Shown: piece by piece, positions 57,644-64,000 of the stretch | How positions within the stretch are numbered: the stretch's first letter is position 1 | Layout of the letters: the number at the start of each line of letters is the position of its first letter | NCBI GenBank assembly: GCA_015520605.1 | Contig: WAPT01000001.1 | Coordinates: 1 to 64,000 of the forward strand | Length of the DNA stretch: 64,000 nt | Direction of reading: 5' to 3' | DNA from: Nanobdellati archaeon | GTDB taxonomy: Archaea; EX4484-52; WAPT01 | Notes under the pieces: generated by a model | What the model was told of the DNA's origin: nothing | Database searches by the model: none | The model's input: the letters and a program-made list of their open reading frames with translations, nothing else | Translations under genes and position numbers: made by a program

Positions 57644-60490
57644 ATGGTGAATTTCAGAGAAATAGAGAAGAAATGGCAGGAGGTATGGGAAAAGGAAAAG
57701 GTATTTGAAGCTGACGTTGACAGCTCAAAGCCAAAGTTCTTCATAACCTTCCCGTATCCTTATGTAAATGGTGCTCCACACATAGGGCACGGATACTCGT
57801 TTTTGAGGACTGATGCATATGCAAGATACAAAAGGATGAGAGGCTTCAACGTTCTCTTCCCGCAGGGCTTTCATGCGACTGGCGAGCCAATAGTTGGTGT
57901 GTGGGAAAGGCTTAGAAATAATGATGAGAAGCAGATAGCCACGTTAAAGAAGAGCGGAGCGACTGATGAGGATATAGAGCGCTTCAAGGAAACTCCCGAG
58001 AACATCGTGCGGTTCTGGATGAAGAGGTGGATGGAAGACCTCAAAATGGTGGGCGCTTCAATCGACTGGAGGAGAACATTTGTTACGACAACCATGACCC
58101 TCCAGTACTCCCGCTTCATAGAGTGGCAGTACAACACCCTGAGAAAGAGGGGCTACATAAAGAAGGGTACCCATCCTGTCATCTGGTGTCCGCACTGTGA
58201 AAGTCCTACCGGAGACCATGACAGGCTGGAGGGCGAGGGAGAAAGTCCTGTAGACTATGTGCTCATAAAGTTCAGGCTTGTGGATGAGGATGCTTTTCTC
58301 GTTGCGGCAACTCTCAGATCCGAGACGGTATTTGGTGTGACTAACATTTGGGTTAAGGAAGATGCTGATTACGTCAAAGCGAGAGTTAATGGTGAAGTAT
58401 GGATCATTAGTAAAGATGCTGTTCCAAAACTTGCCGACCAGCTAAAGGAAGTTGAAGTGCTTGAGGAGATCAAGGGCAGGGACCTGCTCGGAAAGAGGTG
58501 TGCCAACCCTGTTAACGGTAAACATGTGCCGATCCTTCCAGCGGATTTTGTCGATCCATCTAATGCAACTGGCGTTGTGATGTCCGTTCCTGCACATGCG
58601 CCATTTGATTATGCTGCTGTTATGGATCTCCTGAAGGACAGAGATAAGCTTGTAAGATATGGTGTTTCAGCTGATGAGCTGGAACCCATAAGCCTGATAG
58701 ATGTGAAGGGCTTTGGAAAGCTTCCTGCTAAAGAAATCGTTGAAAAGACGGGAATAAGATCTCAGACCGAAAAAGAGAAACTTGAGGAGGCAACGAGAAA
58801 ACTCTACAAAAATGAGTTCCATCTCGGAAAACTGAAGGAAACATGCGGCGAATTTGCGGGAATGAAGGTCTCAGAAGTCAAGGAAAAAATAGCCGAGTGG
58901 TTGAAGGAAAGGGGTTATGCTGACGTCATGTGGGAGTGCACTGGGAGAGTTGTGTGTAGATGTGGGACCACATGCCACGTTAAGATCCTCAAGGACCAGT
59001 GGTTCCTCGCGTACTCTGATGAGGACTGGAAGAGGAAAGTTATAGAACACATAAAACGAATGAAATTCTACCCGGAGGATGTCAGGCAGCAGTTCATAAA
59101 CACCGTAGAGTGGTTGAAAGACAAGGCATGTGTCAGAAAAACAGGCCTCGGTACGCCCCTTCCCTGGGATAAGGAGTGGATAGTGGAGACCCTTTCAGAT
59201 TCAACAATCTACATGGCATACTACACCATAGCAAGAATAATAAATGAAAGGAAAATAGAGGCGGAAAAGCTCACAGATGAGGTATTCGACTACATCTTTT
59301 TGGGGAAGGGAAATGCCAACGAGGTGGCAAAAAACTCAGGGCTTGATGTTGAGACTCTGGAAGAAATGAGAAGGGAGTTTGAGTACTTCTACCCAGTTGA
59401 TCTGAGGAACAGCGGTAAGGACCTCGTGCAGAACCACCTCACATTCTATCTAATGCACCACATAGCAATATGGGACGGTATGCCTGAAAAGTGGCCTGTT
59501 GCCATAAGCGTCAATGGTAGGGTTATGGTTGAAGGAGAGAAGATGAGCAAAAGTAAGGGTAACATCATTCCGCTCAGAAACCTTGTGGAGGAATTTGGTG
59601 CTGATCCCGTTAGGCTCAACATAGTTTGCTCCGCTGAAGGGATGGAGGAAGCTGACTGGAGAGTTGAAAACATCAAGGGTTATGTGTCCAGGCTTGAATA
59701 TCTTGATGGCCTTGTGGAATCATTAAACGCCATGAAGGGTAAAAGTGTTACAAATGCTGAAAGGTATCTGAACAGCAAGCTTCAGAAGATGATAATTGAG
59801 GTCACAAACGCCTACGAGGAAATGAAATTCAGAACCGCAATAACGCATGTGCTCTTCTATGGTGTGAACCATCTCAAATGGTACTTCAGGAGAGTGGGAT
59901 GCATAGAGAGGGCAAATAGGGAGGTTGTTGAGCGCTTCCTCAAAGCTGTGATAAAAATGCTTTCTCCAATAGCACCTCACTTTTCCGAAGAGATGTGGCA
60001 CAGAATGGGGGAGAGCACGCTTATAGTCAGGGAGAGCTGGCCGGAAGCGGACGAGAGCTTAATTAACGAAAAAGCTGAAGTGCTTGAAAATTACCTCGAA
60101 TCGCTGATGGATGACATCAACAGTGTTGTGAGGCTTGTCGGTGCAAAACCCGAAAAGGTTAAGGTATACGTTGCATCTCAATGGAAACGTGATGTTTACG
60201 CACTTGTTCTCCAAAAGAAGGAAGAAGCGATGAAAATAATAGGGAACGATGATAGGTTTGCTGAAGTAAGGACCAAAGCAATTGAACTCGCTAAAAATCT
60301 TCTCAAAAAATATTATGAACTTGAAAAGACAATATTATTACAGGAGGATGAACTCGCGATACTTGAGGAAGCGAGAGAATTCCTTGAAAAGGAGCTTGGG
60401 TGTGAACTTGAGGTTATGAAAGAGGAAGATGCTAGCTCAACGAGAGCATCAAAGGCAATGCCTATGAAACCAGGTATAGAGGTGGTGTAA
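57644..60490 (+). CDS. leuS: Leucyl-tRNA synthetase (archaeal type)
   Basis: FPYPYVNG.PHIGH, CP1 editing domain (ATLR.ET, TGVVMSVPAHAPFD), SGKDL..NHL, KMSKS. Confidence 0.97.
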   Translation: MVNFREIEKKWQEVWEKEKVFEADVDSSKPKFFITFPYPYVNGAPHIGHGYSFLRTDAYARYKRMRGFNVLFPQGFHATGEPIVGVWERLRNNDEKQIATLKKSGATDEDIERFKETPENIVRFWMKRWMEDLKMVGASIDWRRTFVTTTMTLQYSRFIEWQYNTLRKRGYIKKGTHPVIWCPHCESPTGDHDRLEGEGESPVDYVLIKFRLVDEDAFLVAATLRSETVFGVTNIWVKEDADYVKARVNGEVWIISKDAVPKLADQLKEVEVLEEIKGRDLLGKRCANPVNGKHVPILPADFVDPSNATGVVMSVPAHAPFDYAAVMDLLKDRDKLVRYGVSADELEPISLIDVKGFGKLPAKEIVEKTGIRSQTEKEKLEEATRKLYKNEFHLGKLKETCGEFAGMKVSEVKEKIAEWLKERGYADVMWECTGRVVCRCGTTCHVKILKDQWFLAYSDEDWKRKVIEHIKRMKFYPEDVRQQFINTVEWLKDKACVRKTGLGTPLPWDKEWIVETLSDSTIYMAYYTIARIINERKIEAEKLTDEVFDYIFLGKGNANEVAKNSGLDVETLEEMRREFEYFYPVDLRNSGKDLVQNHLTFYLMHHIAIWDGMPEKWPVAISVNGRVMVEGEKMSKSKGNIIPLRNLVEEFGADPVRLNIVCSAEGMEEADWRVENIKGYVSRLEYLDGLVESLNAMKGKSVTNAERYLNSKLQKMIIEVTNAYEEMKFRTAITHVLFYGVNHLKWYFRRVGCIERANREVVERFLKAVIKMLSPIAPHFSEEMWHRMGESTLIVRESWPEADESLINEKAEVLENYLESLMDDINSVVRLVGAKPEKVKVYVASQWKRDVYALVLQKKEEAMKIIGNDDRFAEVRTKAIELAKNLLKKYYELEKTILLQEDELAILEEAREFLEKELGCELEVMKEEDASSTRASKAMPMKPGIEVV

Positions 60491-60491
60491 T

Positions 60492-61325
60492 TTGAAAATT
60501 CAGATGCCGAAACATCTGGAGTTTGTGGAGATCGATAGTGAGGCTCCTGAAAAAATCTTTGTGGATGGAAAGGAGATTATTGGTGATGTGAGGAGATTCA
60601 AAGAAATGGCAACGCTTTACTACGACAACATGGGGGATTGGGTAGACAACATGGACTTCAACACATCCCTCTACTACATGTTCAGGAACGTGTGCAAGGA
60701 GGAAGATCGCGCTAACATCGCTAATCACAAGCTGAGGTATGATATCACCATAATGCTTCCCCTCCGCTTTGGTTCCGGGCCAAAGGAATACAACAAGACG
60801 GTCGGACATTATCATCCCATAGTTCCGGGTGCGAGGATCAGCTATCCAGAACTGTATGAGGTTATCCATGGGGAGTGTTACTTCATAATCCAGAAGGTGC
60901 GCAACAAATATGAAGTGGTGGATGCGCTGATTATAAAAGCTGAGAGGGGTGACAAGATCATAATACCTCCCGATTATGGACACGTGATGGTGAACAGCGG
61001 AAGGGAGCTTTTGATTACTGCCAACTGGGTCTCCTCAGCATTCTCCAGCATTTATGAGCCCTACCGGGAGATGAAAGGTGCGTGTTACTACATTCTTGAG
61101 GAGTATCTTCAACCCAAGATAGTCAAAAACGAGGCTTACGACAACGTACCTGAACCAAAAATCGTCAGAAGCAGGGCTCACGAATTTTTAAAGATCGGAA
61201 AGGACGAATCCATGTACAGACTGGCCAAAGAGCTTGAGAAGCTGGATTTCCTCAACCATCCACAAAACCATCCCGCGCACTTTAACCCTTCAGTAATTTT
61301 TGAGGTCTTCCACCAGACTTCCTGA
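60492..61325 (+). CDS. Cupin-type archaeal glucose-6-phosphate isomerase
   Basis: LRYDIT, EYNKTVGHYHP, YPELYEV, IPPDYGH. Confidence 0.87.
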   Translation: MKIQMPKHLEFVEIDSEAPEKIFVDGKEIIGDVRRFKEMATLYYDNMGDWVDNMDFNTSLYYMFRNVCKEEDRANIANHKLRYDITIMLPLRFGSGPKEYNKTVGHYHPIVPGARISYPELYEVIHGECYFIIQKVRNKYEVVDALIIKAERGDKIIIPPDYGHVMVNSGRELLITANWVSSAFSSIYEPYREMKGACYYILEEYLQPKIVKNEAYDNVPEPKIVRSRAHEFLKIGKDESMYRLAKELEKLDFLNHPQNHPAHFNPSVIFEVFHQTS

Positions 61326-61535
61326 GGAAACGGATGCGAGCTTTATCTCAAGTTTTCTGACCTTTTTTTCCAGCCTTTCGAGTCTGCTGGAAAGCTCAAG
61401 CAGAGTCACCCAGATCTGTGCTATTGCCGGTTCCTCAGCATGCTGGTAAACACTCTCATATCTCTGAATTCTTGAGAGAAGAGATACGAGCTGCTTCTTT
61501 TTCTCAACATCAAGCTCAGCGACCCAATCCGACAT
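61290..61535 (-). CDS. Small helical/coiled-coil hypothetical protein
   Basis: 81 aa with a heptad-like stretch LERLEKKVRKLE. Divergent from the FKBP gene, with TTTAAA boxes in the shared gap. Confidence 0.65.
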   Translation of the reverse strand: MSDWVAELDVEKKKQLVSLLSRIQRYESVYQHAEEPAIAQIWVTLLELSSRLERLEKKVRKLEIKLASVSSGSLVEDLKNY

Positions 61536-61601
61536 GCTTATTTAAATTTTACCCATCTTTTAAATTATTCACCTTCGCTTTCATTTGCAACGTGGTGCTC
61601 T

Positions 61602-62378
61602 ATGGAAAAAGGGGACTTTGTGGAAATAGAATACACGGGAAGGGTTAAGAGTTCCGGAGAATTGTTTGACACCACTGATGAAGAAGTTGCAAAAAAAACA
61701 GGAATATACTCTGAACACACGAGGTACGGCCCCATAACTGTGGTAGTAGGAGCTGGACACGTTATAGAAGGGCTGGATGAAGCTCTTCTCACAATGAAGG
61801 AAGGCGATAAAAAAGTCATAGAGCTTCCGCCCGAGAAGGCATTCGGCAGAAGGGATCAGAAACTTGTTAAGGTTTTCTCTCTTGCGATGTTCAGGAAAAG
61901 GGGAATAACACCTAGAGTGGGGGAGGTTCTTTACTTCAATAATGTTGAAGGTAGAATTGTGGGTGTCTCTTCTGGGAGAGTTGTGGTCGATTTCAATCAC
62001 CCTCTTGCGGGAAAGAGCGTTGAGTACGAACTGAAGGTAATAAGGAAAGTTACGGATCCTACTGAAAAAGTTAAGGCCATCTTTAAGTATCACACCTTCA
62101 TGCCGGATGATGGGTTTGATGTTAAGATCGAGGGTAAGAAAGCGACAATTAAGGTTAAGATGATCATTGCAAAACAGATAGCAGATAGGATAAAGGAAGA
62201 AATAACGAAATACGTGAAAGAGGTTGAAAGCGTTGAAATTATAATGGGTGGTGAAGAAGAGAAAAAGGGTGAAAAGAAAGAAACTCGAGCAGATGGGAGA
62301 AGCGCCGAGATGCGTGAGGATTCTGAATCAAAGGATAATGAAAAATCGAAAAACGAAAAGGAACAACCTAAAACTTAA
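61602..62378 (+). CDS. FKBP-type peptidyl-prolyl isomerase (SlyD-like, long archaeal type)
   Basis: GDFVEIEYTGR...FDTT, VIEGLDEAL, PEKAFG, VDFNHPLAGK, charged tail. Confidence 0.94.
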   Translation: MEKGDFVEIEYTGRVKSSGELFDTTDEEVAKKTGIYSEHTRYGPITVVVGAGHVIEGLDEALLTMKEGDKKVIELPPEKAFGRRDQKLVKVFSLAMFRKRGITPRVGEVLYFNNVEGRIVGVSSGRVVVDFNHPLAGKSVEYELKVIRKVTDPTEKVKAIFKYHTFMPDDGFDVKIEGKKATIKVKMIIAKQIADRIKEEITKYVKEVESVEIIMGGEEEKKGEKKETRADGRSAEMREDSESKDNEKSKNEKEQPKT

Positions 62379-62433
62379 AAATTTAAGACATGATTATAAG
62401 ACATAATCAATACTCACCGGGGAGTGATGCAAG

Positions 62434-63546
62434 ATGGTGCAGGATATTAAGGATGTTGAAGGATCTTCTAAACCTGAAGTTGAGGCTCATGCTCGACAAA
62501 AAACGGAGGCGAATGGCGAGCTTGAAGAACTTTTGAAGACCAGGAAGGCCGAGATTGTCGTTGTTGGAGCTGGCGGAGCCGGATGCAACACGATCTCAAG
62601 GCTCATGCAAGTTGGAGTTGAGGGTGTGAAGACCATAGCGATAAATACCGATGCGCAGGATCTTCTGTACACCGATGCGGATGTTAAGATACTCATAGGA
62701 AAGGAGATCACAAGGGGGCTTGGCGCTGGGGCCAATCCAAAGATAGGAGAGGCTGCAGCCAAAGAATCCAAAGAGACAATAAAGAAGTCCCTTGAAGGAG
62801 CGGACATGGTGTTCATAACATGCGGTCTGGGTGGGGGTACTGGAACTGGTTCAGCACCGATCATAGCTGAAATAGCCAAGAAGCTTGGTGCGCTAACAGT
62901 TGCAATAGTGACCCTCCCGTTCTCCATGGAGGGAGCGCACAGAGCTGCAAATGCGAAAACGGGGCTTGAACAGCTGGAGGGGGTTGTTGATACCCTCATA
63001 GTCATACCAAACGACAAACTACTCGAGATCGTGCCTGACGTCTCTATAAATACAGCTTTTAAGGTTGCTGACGAGATACTGGTAAATGCTGTGAAGGGTA
63101 TAGCCGAGCTTGTTACGAAGCCGGGGTTAATTAACCTTGATTTTGCTGACATAAAGGCTGTGATGGATAGCGGGGGTCTTGCTCTTATAGGTATGGGTCA
63201 GAGCGACACCGAAAACAGGGCTTATGAAGCCGTGCAGAAAGCTCTTAACAACCCGTTGCTCGATGTTGACATAGAGGGTGCGAGAGGTGCCCTCATCAAC
63301 GTTGTTGGTGGTCAGGACCTGACGCTTAGAGAAGCAAAGGAGGTTGTTAACGCCGTTACCTCAAGACTCTCTCCTGACGCAAAGGTTATATGGGGTGCAC
63401 AGATAGATAGAAGCCTGGGAGAATCATTGAGGGTGATGGTCATAGTGACTGGCGTGCAGAGCCCACAGATCTACGGGCCTGAAAGACCGTTCAGTGAGGA
63501 GAAAAAGAAGGACATAGAAAGGAAGCTCGGCATAGATTTCATCTGA
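62434..63546 (+). CDS. ftsZ: Cell division protein FtsZ
   Basis: GAGGAGCN, NTD, GGGTGTG, NLDFAD, and C-terminal LGIDFI. Confidence 0.98.
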   Translation: MVQDIKDVEGSSKPEVEAHARQKTEANGELEELLKTRKAEIVVVGAGGAGCNTISRLMQVGVEGVKTIAINTDAQDLLYTDADVKILIGKEITRGLGAGANPKIGEAAAKESKETIKKSLEGADMVFITCGLGGGTGTGSAPIIAEIAKKLGALTVAIVTLPFSMEGAHRAANAKTGLEQLEGVVDTLIVIPNDKLLEIVPDVSINTAFKVADEILVNAVKGIAELVTKPGLINLDFADIKAVMDSGGLALIGMGQSDTENRAYEAVQKALNNPLLDVDIEGARGALINVVGGQDLTLREAKEVVNAVTSRLSPDAKVIWGAQIDRSLGESLRVMVIVTGVQSPQIYGPERPFSEEKKKDIERKLGIDFI

Positions 63547-64000
63547 TTTCCTCGTCAACATTCCTCTTATTTCTATTTTTTGTGAAAGAATCAGCAGCAA
63601 TTATGCCGGAAATGATAGCATCCACATTACCCCTACATATTCCGTTCATATCACCAAGCACATAGATTTCGCTTTCCACTCTATCTGTTTTAAGCCTCAT
63701 CGTGAAGGGGTCGACATTTATTCTGGACGGCTTCAGAATTATTAAGGGAGCATACATTAAAGTTGATGGTTCCGCAAGCCCGTTGATAACAGCATCCAGC
63801 TTCTTTATGCCGTCGTATATGTTATCCATAACTCTATCGGGATATGCAAAACTTATATCTCCAGGAGTCATATCATTGAACGTGAGGGTAGGTCGGACAA
63901 GTCTGTTGTTTTTATTCTTTTTTCCGTGCTTCTCCTGCCTTTCTCGTAATCGCCCAGCCTCTGTATTATGGGCTTACCACCGCCGAGCATAAGCGTGTTC
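63539..64000 (-). pseudogene. 3' part of an uncharacterised FAD-dependent oxidoreductase, frameshifted; continues beyond the window
   Basis: One frame reads LGGGKPIIQRLGDYEKGRRSTEKRIK. The adjacent frame continues NNRLVRPTL...TPGD...YVLGDMNGICRG...SG. The switch falls at A-runs (plus-strand T-runs 63909-63923). Confidence 0.6.

Noticed and set aside
1-64000. CRISPR array, rRNA, IS/transposase, integrase or provirus
   Set aside because: No spaced repeats, rRNA-like segments or recombinase/transposase motifs were seen, and no att-like duplication of either tRNA 3' end was noticed.

Overview
64 kb of a compact archaeal chromosome. GatD/GatE, TBP, MCM, topoisomerase VI, aIF-1A/aIF-2beta, EndA and archaeal FtsZ/MinD establish the domain. 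A small-genome, probably thermophilic DPANN-type lineage is an inference from gene density, GC-rich tRNA stems and the pilin/DUF2341 surface-protein repertoire. Most of the window is housekeeping: an information-processing gene run (tbp-mcm-rpa-aIF2b-DUF424-nmd3-aIF1A-rio1-dim2-top6BA), four aminoacyl-tRNA synthetases (GlyRS, TrpRS, PheRS, LeuRS), tRNA-Asn and tRNA-Phe. The most notable accessory feature is a three-gene module: an inactivated KaiC/RAD55 domain fused to an MglA-like GTPase, a Roadblock/MglB gene and a convergent KaiC-like protein. Other features of interest are two type IV pilin-like loci that appear to share an unnamed C-terminal domain, a 1,331-aa Cys-rich adhesin pair sitting between aIF-1A and rio1, a PIG-A-like glycosyltransferase/UbiA/flippase operon, and a pyruvate kinase reduced to its barrel. 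An unannotated 32-codon Leu-rich mini-ORF lies upstream of the leuS region, and two genes are broken. No CRISPR array, rRNA, transposase or intein was seen. All calls come from motif reading by eye; no database searches were run.
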